From assembly GCA_002707205.1 (NCBI GenBank), contig PAMH01000013.1, positions 1 through 62,748 on the forward strand: 62,748 nucleotides of DNA, in the 5' to 3' direction. This document shows, in pieces, positions 50,392 through 61,427 of the stretch. The position numbers were made by a program, and so were the translations under genes. The notes under the pieces were generated by a model. The model had not been told where the DNA came from. It did not search any database and saw only the letters and a list, made by a program, of their open reading frames with translations. Numbering within the stretch: the first letter of the stretch is position 1; every line of letters starts with the position of its first letter. The stretch is from Legionellales bacterium. GTDB taxonomy: Bacteria; Pseudomonadota; Gammaproteobacteria; UBA1113.

Positions 50392-51224
50392 TTATATCGT
50401 TCTTGCTTATTACTATTAACTAATTTATTGAAATCAGAAACTTGTAGATAAATAGTTACAGGTGAAACATTTGCAATTGTTGATAATGCATTTAATATTG
50501 GTTGTGTACTATTTATTGCACGGAAATTATAGTATCCTAGGCTAATTAAAAATAAAGTTAGCGTAATTATTGTTATCTTTTTTAACTTAATTTTATGACA
50601 TGTTTCTTTATGTGGTTTATGAAATACTTTCCATTGTGGAGATAATTTCTGTGACTGGCAATTACGTACTTGTTTAATGTGATAAAAAATTCTATGCCTT
50701 ATTTCATTTCTAATCATTTTATTTTCATGACCATAAAGTTTTCCCTCAAAGCCTAGACTCATTAGGCAATATCCAAACTCTATAAATTCAATATGATCTC
50801 GAATGTTTTTTAACATATTTTCTAAAATAATATAAAAGCGCTCTCCGCCCCATGTTTCTTTTTGAAAATAACTTAATAATCCTTCTTGTGTCCATATGCT
50901 TTTCTTACCCCATGCAGTACTCAATACAACTTCATCTATTGCTGTACACAAACAATATCTTGCTGCAATGATCATTATTTCAGGATAATCAACAAGAACT
51001 AATTTTTTTTCAAAATTTTTTATTTCATCAATCATTAATGTTTGTAATTGAATGATATTTTTCTGCTCTATAGCATATCTTATCTGTATAATTAGGATAA
51101 ATATTATATCTGCAGCTTCTATGAGTTTATTTTTAACTTTAGTACTATTAGATATATCACGCTTCGCATTCTCCATATACGTAGATACAACTTTTTGATT
51201 ATTGACTAAAGCTTTATTATTCAT
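50388..51224 (-). CDS. tssL: T6SS membrane complex protein TssL (DotU family)
   Basis: DotU blocks are present (AARYCLCTAIDEVVL, QKETWGGERFYIILE, CLMSLGFEGK). It has a single C-terminal TM (ITIITLTLFLISLGYY) and no OmpA/PG-binding extension. Confidence 0.87.
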   Translation of the reverse strand: MNNKALVNNQKVVSTYMENAKRDISNSTKVKNKLIEAADIIFILIIQIRYAIEQKNIIQLQTLMIDEIKNFEKKLVLVDYPEIMIIAARYCLCTAIDEVVLSTAWGKKSIWTQEGLLSYFQKETWGGERFYIILENMLKNIRDHIEFIEFGYCLMSLGFEGKLYGHENKMIRNEIRHRIFYHIKQVRNCQSQKLSPQWKVFHKPHKETCHKIKLKKITIITLTLFLISLGYYNFRAINSTQPILNALSTIANVSPVTIYLQVSDFNKLVNSNKQERYK

Positions 51225-52560
51225 ATGTATTTCCTTTAATCGCCCAAATTGATAATTTTAATCCTGGAATCTTTTTTCCTACATGTACTGCAAGCGCACC
51301 TGTTTTTTCAAGATTTTTCCAATGTGAACTTGCTGTATCAATTAAAAAATATGCATGGTTTGCTTGAAATGGTATTTGCTTTGGTACTAGATTTATAGGA
51401 CTAATATTCGCGCCAGGTAATGCTTTATGTATTAATGTTTCAATATGCGATGTAGATGCAATCTTTAATTGATTTGGTAACGATGCTTTCAGTATATCAA
51501 TTGATATATCTGCATACGCAACCAAGACAAACTGACATTCATTGATAATTTTTTTATCATTTATATGAGCTATCCATGTACCATATGTTTTAGCAATTAA
51601 TTTTATATTGATTGCATTTTGTTCCAGCACCAATGTCAATGAAGTTCTAAGCTCATGCATTAATTCTTTAAACGTTTCATTTAAATTATCATGCCTATAT
51701 TGTGTTTTTTTTATGGGTCTTCTTTTCTTACTGATATAAGTTGAAATCTCAGCCATTAATGAATTCAACACTTGATAAAGATATTCTGGATGAACCACAC
51801 GCTTCTGGCTAATATAATATAATTCTTGTTGATATTTATTCATCATTTGTAATAAAAGAAAATCAACCATTTCTGCTGTTCCAGCATGATTTTCATCTGT
51901 TAAACGGTTAGCAATTAACTCTGCTCTATTTTCCACTAATCCATATATTTCTAAAATATAAGATGATAATCGCTTACTTGTTTGACAGTTTATCCATATT
52001 GTTTCAAAAGCATTATCTAGTAGGATTTTACGATTAATACCCACCTCAATAATTTTTGCTATCGGCAAAATACTATATGCTGACAAGTTTTCATATTCAG
52101 GCATAATTGAACATGCTAATTTAGCCATTTGAATCTCAACTTCATTGTGACTATCTGCAATTGCATCTTCAATTTTTGATTGAAATATTATATTTCTATG
52201 AATCTGTTTTGTTTCATTTGTACCAACTTCAGCTATTTCTTTTTCTCGTAATGGAATTGTTAGATAAATGATTTTATTATGTATATTCTCTGGAATATCC
52301 AGCGGAACGGGTAATTGATCTACTGTAGATAAATCAAAATATGTACCATCAGGAAATATTCCACGCGCATATTTTAATGCAATTTTTCCTATTGATAATA
52401 AATTTTCATCTATCGCAAAAGATTGTAATCCCCAGAAGTTTTCATTATTTACCGTTATTTTTTGTTGTATTATATTCTCAAAATACCTTTCTTGTTGTTG
52501 GAAATGTTGTGGATGAAGAAACATACCTTCATACCAAACAATACGATTGCTAAATAACAT
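51217..52560 (-). CDS. tssK: T6SS baseplate protein TssK
   Basis: It has the canonical N-terminus RIVWYEGMFLHPQHFQQQERYFE. The product is 447 aa and the gene overlaps the tssL start by 8 nt. Confidence 0.9.
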   Translation of the reverse strand: MLFSNRIVWYEGMFLHPQHFQQQERYFENIIQQKITVNNENFWGLQSFAIDENLLSIGKIALKYARGIFPDGTYFDLSTVDQLPVPLDIPENIHNKIIYLTIPLREKEIAEVGTNETKQIHRNIIFQSKIEDAIADSHNEVEIQMAKLACSIMPEYENLSAYSILPIAKIIEVGINRKILLDNAFETIWINCQTSKRLSSYILEIYGLVENRAELIANRLTDENHAGTAEMVDFLLLQMMNKYQQELYYISQKRVVHPEYLYQVLNSLMAEISTYISKKRRPIKKTQYRHDNLNETFKELMHELRTSLTLVLEQNAINIKLIAKTYGTWIAHINDKKIINECQFVLVAYADISIDILKASLPNQLKIASTSHIETLIHKALPGANISPINLVPKQIPFQANHAYFLIDTASSHWKNLEKTGALAVHVGKKIPGLKLSIWAIKGNTYE

Positions 52561-52570
52561 AACTTACCCT

Positions 52571-53056
52571 TTAATTTGTCTTAACACTCAGGGTGTGAGA
52601 TTCTAATAATATTTTTAAATTGATATTTTTATTTGCTGTTGTGTCACATTTAATGAGGTGACGCCAATTGCCTATCCTTTGGTTTTGATACCCTGCAATA
52701 ATGCCTATATAATGTGTATCCTCTGATATTGCTTCAGATATGTGCATTGTGGTTTTGGGTCTGATTTCTATGATATTTTTATCAATTAAATCATCACCCA
52801 ATACAGCAGAGCTATTATTTTCTAATGCAATATAACTTGCCTGATTAAATTTATCTGGTTTGCTTAATTGATAAATTGTTAGTGCGACGGGTGATGCTTG
52901 TCCATTAATATCGGGATTTAAATAGGTTACTGATTGTACATCCATTTCAGCCGTAGGTATGTTAGCGCTAAACCATGCACATCCACTTAAAGATGAAACA
53001 ACGGTAATACTTATTATTAAAAGTAAACTTATCTTTTTCATTTTTTCTCTTTTCAT
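52571..53056 (-). CDS. tssJ: T6SS outer-membrane lipoprotein TssJ
   Basis: It has a lipobox (SSLSGC) and family blocks LNPDINGQASPVALTIYQL and YIGIIAGYQN....WR. An alternative start exists at 53041. Confidence 0.82.
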   Translation of the reverse strand: MKREKMKKISLLLIISITVVSSLSGCAWFSANIPTAEMDVQSVTYLNPDINGQASPVALTIYQLSKPDKFNQASYIALENNSSAVLGDDLIDKNIIEIRPKTTMHISEAISEDTHYIGIIAGYQNQRIGNWRHLIKCDTTANKNINLKILLESHTLSVKTN

Positions 53057-53136
53057 CTTAGTGTTTTATCTCTATCCAATCATGTGTTCATACATCAATA
53101 GTATTAATATTTTTTATATGCTAATTAGAAGTGAAT

Positions 53137-54030
53137 TTAAGTAATTTTCACTTCTAAGTTATTAGCACTGTTAATAATTAATTCATCCAAAATATCTATT
53201 GGTGCTTGATCTTGAAAATTTGCGGTTCTACCATCAGCACCCTGAATTAACATTGACTCAGTTAAAGCTGACAGACCTAAATCATGCAATATATTTCCTT
53301 TGTTATGTAATAACTTTCTATTTGAGCCACTTTTATTAATAGTAGATACTGTAGATGCTGGCATTTCTAAATCATGGACTACGATAAGTCCTTGATCTAT
53401 CAAAGATTTACTTTTTGTAAAATGTGAATGTATGGTATTCGTCTGTTGCTGAAATACGGTATGTTTTTCAATTGTTGATTTATTTTCTGCACCATACAAA
53501 AAACTTAAATCTTCAAATTTTGATATTTCTTCTTTATCAGACCATAAATGTTTTTTTAAATTTGTTATTACATTGTTTTCTTTACAATGACTAATTGGTA
53601 TGGGCTTTATATTCCAATCATTATCCGCGTCTAATATACTATCTTCACTTGAATGCTCTATTGTATGAGCAATATATTCTTTTTCTAAATTGACTTGATA
53701 AAATTGTTCACCAACTTCAATAATATCATTTTGTGCTAAGCGTATTAACTCACCATCCTGCTCAATAAAAAAATCACCATTATTTTTACTAATGGTTAAA
53801 CACTTAACAAAATATGTTGGTTGTGGTAAGTCAGATTCTTCTTGACTATTTTCTTGGTTCTGTGCCGATACTTTTATTTCCGCAGCCACGGCGTTTGCCG
53901 TACTTGGTTTTATCGCTGTATCAGCCAATATTTTTGCAGGTTTACAATTAATGAGAGATTTAAGCGTCAATTTTAGGTTTTTTTCAATGGTTGCCATATT
54001 GTATTCTTTGTTAATTAAATTTAAACCCAC
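53137..54030 (-). CDS. Hypothetical T6SS-associated protein occupying the fha (tagH) position
   Basis: This is the first gene of the tssJKLM-tssABC block, with a GTG start (alternative ATG at 53997). At most a degenerate FHA-like terminal strand is visible (ELIRLAQNDIIEVGEQFYQV). No GR...S..H...NG FHA core was seen. Confidence 0.5.
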   Translation of the reverse strand: MGLNLINKEYNMATIEKNLKLTLKSLINCKPAKILADTAIKPSTANAVAAEIKVSAQNQENSQEESDLPQPTYFVKCLTISKNNGDFFIEQDGELIRLAQNDIIEVGEQFYQVNLEKEYIAHTIEHSSEDSILDADNDWNIKPIPISHCKENNVITNLKKHLWSDKEEISKFEDLSFLYGAENKSTIEKHTVFQQQTNTIHSHFTKSKSLIDQGLIVVHDLEMPASTVSTINKSGSNRKLLHNKGNILHDLGLSALTESMLIQGADGRTANFQDQAPIDILDELIINSANNLEVKIT

Positions 54031-54487
54031 TTGGTTATATGGGTATTAAACTCATTAAACAATGAAAAGCATAGTTTGTCAAATTTTTTGAGTATTAATT
54101 ACAATTATAGAGTTTATTACTTATAGGTTGTGCATTGTAAATAATCTGACAGTTGTGGCAACAATTTATTTAAGCCGCTTTTAAAAATTTAAAGACATCA
54201 TATATTCTAGGGTTGAATGAAACCATTTAACATGACAAGAAATTGCAATATATCCTTTAATCTCAATTGGTTAAACATAAGTAATACCACTAAAATAAAC
54301 TTGATTTGGTTTATTAGTAACTTGACTAGAATTCAACTACTTAATTACTAACTATAGCGCTGACGATAATCAAATTTCGAATGATAAATTTTAATTTACT
54401 TATCATAGGCTAATCAGTGAAACATAGCGGTACTAAATTTGAAGTGTCCTAAGAACTGAACTTATACAAGCTTTTTGAACAACCAGT

Positions 54488-55135
54488 TTAGTTAATAGAA
54501 TTATTAAATTTAGTGATAACTTTGTTAGTTGTAACATTAACCAAAACATCAAGGCTTGCAAATAGATCCATTGCTCCTTGTGCTTTACTGATGTGGTTAT
54601 CCGCATAGAAGTTATCGGTTAACTCTGACGTATATCGCAAAAATGCATTAAAATGTAATTTCGTCTCCTCTTCGTATTTTTTCAATGCCTCACAAAAAGT
54701 ATTTGAACTATCAGCAATATACGTAGCCAAATATAATGAATTAATTATCCCAAGGATAACGCCTAACCCGGCTGTAGGTGCCATGGCATGAGCTGAGTCA
54801 CCTAATAAAGCAATCAACCCATCTGTTATTTTTTGAGGTGATAACTGACGTAATGTTCTAGATTTTATAATGTTTTCTTTGGGCGTGCTTAAAATAGCTT
54901 GTTTTATTTTTTCTGGCAGACATGGCATATTTTCAAATAATTCATTAAATTTTATGTTCGGTTCATAATCAAAATCTTGGCTATCTAATCTATAGGCAGT
55001 AAAAATATAATAATTATAGCCATTTTCTGTTTTTTGATTTGGATATATTAAAAACCTAGTATTTTTTCCCGAAGATTTGCTGTTTACTTTTTTCAAACAT
55101 CGGTATCCCTCATACAATATTTTGACTTTAATCAA
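54488..55135 (-). pseudogene. Truncated/frameshifted FAD-dependent monooxygenase remnant
   Basis: The C-terminal motif LLGDSAHAMAPTAGLGVILGI (GD..H...P..G.G) is retained. The N-terminal GxGxxG FAD-binding fold is absent and the start is TTG. An out-of-frame upstream peptide (IADSIFGEQAVVKFD, stop at ~55140) suggests a frameshift. Confidence 0.6.
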
Positions 55136-55557
55136 ATTTAACTACGGCTTGTTCACCAAAGATACTATCGGCAATATATTTTACTTACTTTCATAAACTA
55201 GCTAAAAATTCTTATGGCTCTTTAAACTCATAATATGGGTAATTGAGATAGTTGTAAAGCGCATTCAATAATAATTGTACCGCTTTAAATATTATCTACA
55301 AGACTAAACCCTCAACTTTTAAATGCGTAAAATAGACATTTTAATTCCAGCATTTTAAATAGATAGCAATTGCATGCTTAAGATGAATATTATTGGTTTT
55401 TCTATATTTCACCGAGAAAACCTCGATATCATTCAAGCATCAATAAACGTATAACTGTTCATACAGCCATTTAATACCGCTCGTTAAAAAAACATTTGGT
55501 ATCTGGAGCACTGCAACTCATGGAAATTACAACATTCAGCTTTAAAGTCATATTCAA

Positions 55558-58140
55558 CTAGATAGTTACTAATATTTTACAGGCTTGCATATCATAATCA
55601 ACTAGAAGATTTTTAATTCTTTTTCTTTGCAGTATAGACGACATAAATTTTTTGCTTATTGCTGGCAACAATTGTTGTTGTATCGTATTATCAATCAATC
55701 GTGCGCCATACTGATGTGAACAACAAACATTCCCTAAATAAGAAACTAAACCATCTGTAAACTCAGGTGTAAGCTGATATTGTTTATAAATAATTTCAGT
55801 TAATTTTTGTAATTTTAACTGAATAATCCTTTTTAATACTGATGTTGATAAAGTTAAATAAGGAATAGAAATGAAACGACCCAAAAATGCGGGTTTAAAT
55901 ATTTTTAACAACTCGTCTTCAATATATATTGTCAATGCTTGCATATCAATGTCAGCTTGAGTTGCACAAAAATCTTCAATTTGTTCACCACAGGAGTTCG
56001 CTGTCATTAGAATAATAGTATTTGTAAAGTCTATATTTCGTCCTTGTCCATCTTGTAGTATTCCTTTATCAAAAACCTGATAAAAAATATCTTGCATACT
56101 TGGATGTGCTTTATCAATTTCATCGAGTAAAATTAAACTGTAAGGATTTTGTTTCACTGCATCAGTTAAAATACCGCCTTCACCATAACCAATATATCCC
56201 GGCGGCGCACCTGCAAGCATTGAAACTTTATGGGCTTCTTTATACTCAGACATATTAATAGTGATTAGATTTTCTTTTGAACCAAAAATGCTTTCTGCTA
56301 AAACTAAGGCGGTTTCTGTTTTGCCAACACCACTTGGACCTAATAATAAAAACACACCCATTGGTTTAGTCGTGTCAGTTAATTTTAAACTTGATGTTAA
56401 CATATGTTCAGACAAAATTTTAATTGCATATGGTTGGCCAATGATCTTCGTTGACAATGCCTTTTCTAAGCTAAGTAATTGGTTTGCTTGCTCTTTTAAA
56501 ATATGTCCTATGGGAATACCTGTCCAATCAGCAATAACTTCTGATATGATTTTTTCATTAACAAAAGCTTGTAAAAGTGGTCTGTCTTTCTGTATGGTTT
56601 TCAATTGCTTTTCATAATATATAAATGATTTTTTTATTTTATTAAGTGTTAATTTTGATAAATTTTCATTCGCTAAACTACTACGTAAGCTGATTATTTT
56701 TTCGATAATTTTTTTTTCATCATTCCATTGTTTAAATAATACTTTATTTTCTCTTTCAATTTTATAGATTAATTGCTGATTAGTGCCAATGTTTTTATGA
56801 GATATTCCTTGCTTTTTTTCTAAAATTAATCGCTGAAGCGCTTGCTTTAAAAGCTCAATTTTTTTCTCGTTTTTTGTAATATTAATTGGAGTTTCCTTAA
56901 GCCTACTTGCAACTCTGGCGCAAGCAGTATCTAGAACGCTAATACCTTTATCTGGCAGTTTTTTACTTGAAATATATCTCTGTGAAAGTAATACAGCTTT
57001 TTTGATAGCATTATCCAAAATAAATACGCCATGATGTTTTTCAAGGCTCTCAACTAAAGATTGCAACATGCTTATTGCTGTTTCTGTATCCGGCTCATCA
57101 ACCTTAACTAATTGAAATCTTCTTGTTAATGCGGCATCTTTTTCAAAATACTGCTGGTATTCATTCCACGTTGTTGCTGCTATCACACTTAAATCACCAC
57201 GTGCTAGTGCAGGCTTCAATAAATTAGCTGCATCATTTTGTCCGGCTTGTCCACCAGCACCAATTAATGCATGGGCTTCATCAAAAAATAAAATTATGGG
57301 TTTATCTGATATTTTCACTTCAAAAAGTAGTTGTTTTAACCGTTTTTCAAAAACACCTTTAACACTTGCACCAGCTTGTAAAGCACCCATATCCACAGCG
57401 TAAATAATCGTACCTTTCAATATATCTGGAATGTCATTTTTCTCTATTTTTAGTGCAAGTCCTTCAACAATAGCCGTTTTACCAACACCAGGATCTCCTG
57501 TTAAAATAACATTATTTTGTCTTCGCCTAGAGAGGATATCAATGGATTGTCTTATTTCATCTTCACGTCCAATCACAGCATCTATTTTTTTATCTTGCGC
57601 TTGCTGATTCAAATTAATCGCATATTTTTTAAGTGCGTTATTTTTATCTACTCTTCTATTTACCGTATCTATTTCTACATCATGCCCAAGGTTACCAATA
57701 GTCGCTTTTACAGTATTTGATGACACTTTTAAAAACTCATCGGATATACAAGCAGCAATTTGTGATAAAATGGGATCACATATTAAAGCTATCAGAATCA
57801 TTCCAGAATCAATATATTGAGACTGAAACTCTAATGATGCAACTAACCAAGCTGCATTAATTAACTCAATCAATCTTACAGCTATTGCTGGTGTTTGCTC
57901 ATTACCTGAATTCAGACCCGATAAGTTTTTATGTAAATCAGTAGTTATTTTTTCAATATTGCAATTATATATGGTCAATGCTTTTCTTATTATCGCTGAT
58001 TTGTTTTTTAATAAATGCAGCAACCAATGCTCAATTTCAATATTATAATGTGACTTGGCTACACAAAGACTTGCCGCCTCATTTAAAGTTTGGCGAGATA
58101 AATCATCCAATTTTTCAATTAAATTTTTTATGTTTTCCAT
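55558..58140 (-). CDS. clpV: T6SS AAA+ ATPase ClpV (TssH)
   Basis: It has a Clp N-domain start ([20 protein letters not shown]) and two AAA+ modules. Their Walker A motifs are [15 protein letters not shown] and [15 protein letters not shown], and their Walker B motifs are ILFFDEAH and [11 protein letters not shown]. The product is 860 aa. Confidence 0.93.
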   Translation of the reverse strand: MENIKNLIEKLDDLSRQTLNEAASLCVAKSHYNIEIEHWLLHLLKNKSAIIRKALTIYNCNIEKITTDLHKNLSGLNSGNEQTPAIAVRLIELINAAWLVASLEFQSQYIDSGMILIALICDPILSQIAACISDEFLKVSSNTVKATIGNLGHDVEIDTVNRRVDKNNALKKYAINLNQQAQDKKIDAVIGREDEIRQSIDILSRRRQNNVILTGDPGVGKTAIVEGLALKIEKNDIPDILKGTIIYAVDMGALQAGASVKGVFEKRLKQLLFEVKISDKPIILFFDEAHALIGAGGQAGQNDAANLLKPALARGDLSVIAATTWNEYQQYFEKDAALTRRFQLVKVDEPDTETAISMLQSLVESLEKHHGVFILDNAIKKAVLLSQRYISSKKLPDKGISVLDTACARVASRLKETPINITKNEKKIELLKQALQRLILEKKQGISHKNIGTNQQLIYKIERENKVLFKQWNDEKKIIEKIISLRSSLANENLSKLTLNKIKKSFIYYEKQLKTIQKDRPLLQAFVNEKIISEVIADWTGIPIGHILKEQANQLLSLEKALSTKIIGQPYAIKILSEHMLTSSLKLTDTTKPMGVFLLLGPSGVGKTETALVLAESIFGSKENLITINMSEYKEAHKVSMLAGAPPGYIGYGEGGILTDAVKQNPYSLILLDEIDKAHPSMQDIFYQVFDKGILQDGQGRNIDFTNTIILMTANSCGEQIEDFCATQADIDMQALTIYIEDELLKIFKPAFLGRFISIPYLTLSTSVLKRIIQLKLQKLTEIIYKQYQLTPEFTDGLVSYLGNVCCSHQYGARLIDNTIQQQLLPAISKKFMSSILQRKRIKNLLVDYDMQACKILVTI

Positions 58141-58179
58141 ATATATTCCTTTATAGATTTATAATTTAATATCATTGTT

Positions 58180-59148
58180 TTAAAAAATAGCGTTTCCAAA
58201 CTCAATACATGTTTGGGTTTTTTCATTGTCAATAATATTTAACCAACTCGTCCAACCCAATTGCATGTTTTTTTCATTTGTTAATTTTTTAATTGGTATT
58301 GTTTTCTTATTTATTTTAAAAATTAATTTGAAACAAAATTGGTAACCCATATAATCAAAAATTACTTTTTTAATTTCTCTCATCATATGTTTACTAGGCA
58401 GCAGATCTAAAAATTTCTCATAATCAATATCACCAATAATTACTGCAAAACCATTCTGAGAGTACCAAGCTTTACTGCCTATAATAGCATTCATGCCTAG
58501 TGTGTTATTATGACTATTAACTGTAATCTTTGTTAAATTATCCTTCTCAATCACAAACCAATGACCTTGTAACTGCATGATTTTAATAGGCAAAGAAAAA
58601 TAATCTGAAAGCAATATGCTTAATCCGTAAGCCGTTCTATTTTGATTTGAAAATAATGCTGCATAGAATAAATGTCTATTTTTTTCTTGTGCATTTTTAT
58701 AAATTAATGAAATGCCTGTTAATGATAGAACTAACTCTATGATTTCAGATTTTTTTTGGTGCTCTAATCCAATATAAAATCGTGCTTTTTCCCATGCCTG
58801 ATAAAATAAACTGATAAGCCTATGATGAAATATATTTAAAAATGCATATAAAGTATAATCTTTTGCATTAATTCTTTCCATGACTAACGAGGATAAATGT
58901 TCAGGTAATATACCAGACTGACCAATCAGCCCCATAAAGGTAACCATGACATCTACTTGATTTTTTTTTATTTTAAGATCAATCACCTCATTTATTGCAT
59001 AAGATAAACTTGGACTAGTTACAAATTTAACGGGTGTAATATCTCGTTGATTTAATAATTTAACTAATTGAAAAAAGTCAAATGACATGATATTTTCTTG
59101 AATAAATTGTAAATCCTCATCTGTTTTCATTATAAACTTTTCTTCCAC
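58180..59148 (-). CDS. tssG: T6SS baseplate protein TssG
   Basis: It has the N-terminal FDFFQLVKLLNQ block. The likely true start is ATG at 59130, which shares one nucleotide with the tssF stop (TAATG coupling). Confidence 0.88.
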   Translation of the reverse strand: MEEKFIMKTDEDLQFIQENIMSFDFFQLVKLLNQRDITPVKFVTSPSLSYAINEVIDLKIKKNQVDVMVTFMGLIGQSGILPEHLSSLVMERINAKDYTLYAFLNIFHHRLISLFYQAWEKARFYIGLEHQKKSEIIELVLSLTGISLIYKNAQEKNRHLFYAALFSNQNRTAYGLSILLSDYFSLPIKIMQLQGHWFVIEKDNLTKITVNSHNNTLGMNAIIGSKAWYSQNGFAVIIGDIDYEKFLDLLPSKHMMREIKKVIFDYMGYQFCFKLIFKINKKTIPIKKLTNEKNMQLGWTSWLNIIDNEKTQTCIEFGNAIF

Positions 59149-60938
59149 TGATTAATCTCGACACCACTTTCATCTATGAAAGTTAAATCAACGAACGTAT
59201 TTAAGTCACAAGTTTTATTCAAATATTCATATAAAACATAACCAAATAATAATTCATTATTTTCTGGAAAATATTTTTTATTTATCGTTATTCTTAACTT
59301 TATCCCATGACTAAAATCTGTCGCCATATATCCATGTATAGGTTTAATAATTTTTTTTAAATCTACTGTTTGAATTCCATGCATAATCAAATCACTATAG
59401 TGCTTGTCATTTAAGCAACTCATTGATAAAACATTTTGTATTTGTTGCTTTGTGTTTTCATTATCTTCTAAAAATTTTTGTCTTAATGCTATTAAGGCAA
59501 TTATATCTATCTGTAATGAGGTGTTATGCTTCTGATAAACAGGTGCTGTAACTTCTGAAAGACTAACTGCTGCTAAATTAGTACTTGTTTCAGCATCTTT
59601 AAATGCAAAAATTTTCCCGGAATCATCCTGTGTCAGTTGTATGTTTTCAAACTTATTAGCGCAAAGCATTTCTGCAACAATAGAGGTTTTATTATTGAGT
59701 GTTGGCTCAATATTTTTAAAGCTGACATTAATGAAACTCTCGTAACCTGAAATATGATATCTTCCAATTTCTTCGCTTGATTTTTTATAATGATACCAAT
59801 GTAGATATTTAGCATTAATATCATCTGCATACTTATATCCAAAAAATGGTCGGCAAACCATATTTTTATACTCAGATATGACATTTACATTATTAATGTG
59901 ATAAATCTCACACTCTGCCATATCAAAATCATTGTCTGGAATAACGGGATAATCATTAATTTTCTGATCTATGACAACCGGCACTGAATTAATTTCGAAT
60001 AAATTAATAACAGGGGAGCATCCTAGTAAAAATGTTTTTTTATTTATTATCGATACTAAATCTGCTTGATAGTTATTAAAGTAAATATTTATGTTTATAG
60101 AGCAACCCATATCATCAGTTACATATTTTGATAAATGCTTCAGTCTAAAATATAAATATTTTTTCGGATATAAAAAAAATTCCATCAGTAAATTTTGTGC
60201 TATTTCTGCATTTTTTTGTGATGGGAATAAATTCTCTTCATCGTCAAAACCCAAAAAAGAAACCAACGATTCAGGATAAATAGTTACTGTCTCATCACTT
60301 TCTGATGTAATCGTAATATAGCTAATGTTTTTAAATAAAATTTGTTGTATTAAATAAGCATTTTCAGTTGAAGTATTAATATAAAAATCCAAATTATTTA
60401 TATTCATTACCTTTATGTTATGCGCCGGATTTATTGCTTGTAATCTAATACTTAATGCCGACTTTGTTTTCTTATTTTTATATGCTTGTTCACACTTAAA
60501 ATTACATCCGAAATATATATCAGTAATTTTAATTGGATATATGGTGAGAGGATAACATGTTCTAAACACACAACTTTTACCATCTGTTGTTTTTGAACTG
60601 AGTTCTGTATTTTTAGGAAGATTATAGGTTTCATCGTGGTTATTAACATTTTTAATTTGAACTGTACTTAATGAGGGAATAATTGATAAATAATTTGGAT
60701 ATAATAAATTTAAGATTGATTGTGATGCGCTTTGCATTTGTCTATCAATTTTATAATTTATTCTTGCAGTTAAAAATGCAAAAGACTCAATTAAAGTACC
60801 AACAAGTGGGTCTTCTGTATTACCTTCGCCCATACATAATCGATTTCCTATTTTTGGATAAGCTTTTGCAAAGGCATCACCTTCATTGCGTAAATAGTTT
60901 AATTCACTTTGGTAATATTTAAGTAAGCTTTTCTTCAT
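59130..60938 (-). CDS. tssF: T6SS baseplate protein TssF
   Basis: It has the canonical N-terminus LLKYYQSELNYLRNEGDAFAKAYPKIGNRL and LIESFAFLTARI. The product is 602 aa. Confidence 0.92.
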   Translation of the reverse strand: MKKSLLKYYQSELNYLRNEGDAFAKAYPKIGNRLCMGEGNTEDPLVGTLIESFAFLTARINYKIDRQMQSASQSILNLLYPNYLSIIPSLSTVQIKNVNNHDETYNLPKNTELSSKTTDGKSCVFRTCYPLTIYPIKITDIYFGCNFKCEQAYKNKKTKSALSIRLQAINPAHNIKVMNINNLDFYINTSTENAYLIQQILFKNISYITITSESDETVTIYPESLVSFLGFDDEENLFPSQKNAEIAQNLLMEFFLYPKKYLYFRLKHLSKYVTDDMGCSININIYFNNYQADLVSIINKKTFLLGCSPVINLFEINSVPVVIDQKINDYPVIPDNDFDMAECEIYHINNVNVISEYKNMVCRPFFGYKYADDINAKYLHWYHYKKSSEEIGRYHISGYESFINVSFKNIEPTLNNKTSIVAEMLCANKFENIQLTQDDSGKIFAFKDAETSTNLAAVSLSEVTAPVYQKHNTSLQIDIIALIALRQKFLEDNENTKQQIQNVLSMSCLNDKHYSDLIMHGIQTVDLKKIIKPIHGYMATDFSHGIKLRITINKKYFPENNELLFGYVLYEYLNKTCDLNTFVDLTFIDESGVEINQWKKSL

Positions 60939-60941
60939 TTT

Positions 60942-61415
60942 TCACCCATCAATTGTAAATTTTTGTCTAAAATAATCCCATGAAGAATCAAATGTTGCTG
61001 CTGTATTTATCATGCTACTATTTAATTTTGCATATATTTTTAATTTTATTGTTCTATTTACTGCAATATCACTTGTTAATATTTCTATATACACATCGCT
61101 TAATCTTTTTTCTGAATGCAAAATATTTTCTTTTATATGCTGACACAGCATGGTTTGAGAAGACTTATGTCCAAAATGGCTATGTGAAAAATCTATCATG
61201 CCATAATTTAAGATCGAATTTTTTAATGCAATTAATTCTTCGGGCAGCTGTATGCCTAAAGATCTTGTATTTAAAATATTTTCTATATTTAGTTTAATAT
61301 CTGCTATCAATTGCCTTTGTTCAATGACATTCATTACTTTACTTTCTCTATGATTATATGGCTGCTCATCTATTAATCTTTGCAAGAGTGGCGTATTAAA
61401 CTTCATGTACTCCAA
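60942..61415 (-). CDS. tssE: T6SS baseplate protein TssE (gp25-like)
   Basis: TPLLQRLIDEQP and the NIENILNTR / ILNYGMIDFS blocks are typical of the GPW/gp25 family. The product is 157 aa and its stop lies 3 nt before the tssF start. Confidence 0.85.
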   Translation of the reverse strand: MEYMKFNTPLLQRLIDEQPYNHRESKVMNVIEQRQLIADIKLNIENILNTRSLGIQLPEELIALKNSILNYGMIDFSHSHFGHKSSQTMLCQHIKENILHSEKRLSDVYIEILTSDIAVNRTIKLKIYAKLNSSMINTAATFDSSWDYFRQKFTIDG

Positions 61416-61427
61416 TATTTATCCTTC

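Noticed and set aside
53137-54030. Calling this ORF a bona fide FHA-domain protein (Fha/TagH) on positional grounds.
   Set aside because: The conserved FHA core (G-R ... S-x-x-H ... N-G) could not be found in the translation. Only a weak terminal-strand resemblance exists, so it is reported as hypothetical.
54100-54200. A sigma-54 type promoter (TGGCAC-N5-TTGCA) upstream of the tssJKLM block. TGGCAACAATTTATTT occurs near 54165.
   Set aside because: It is a poor match at the -12 element and lies on the wrong strand for the minus-strand operon.
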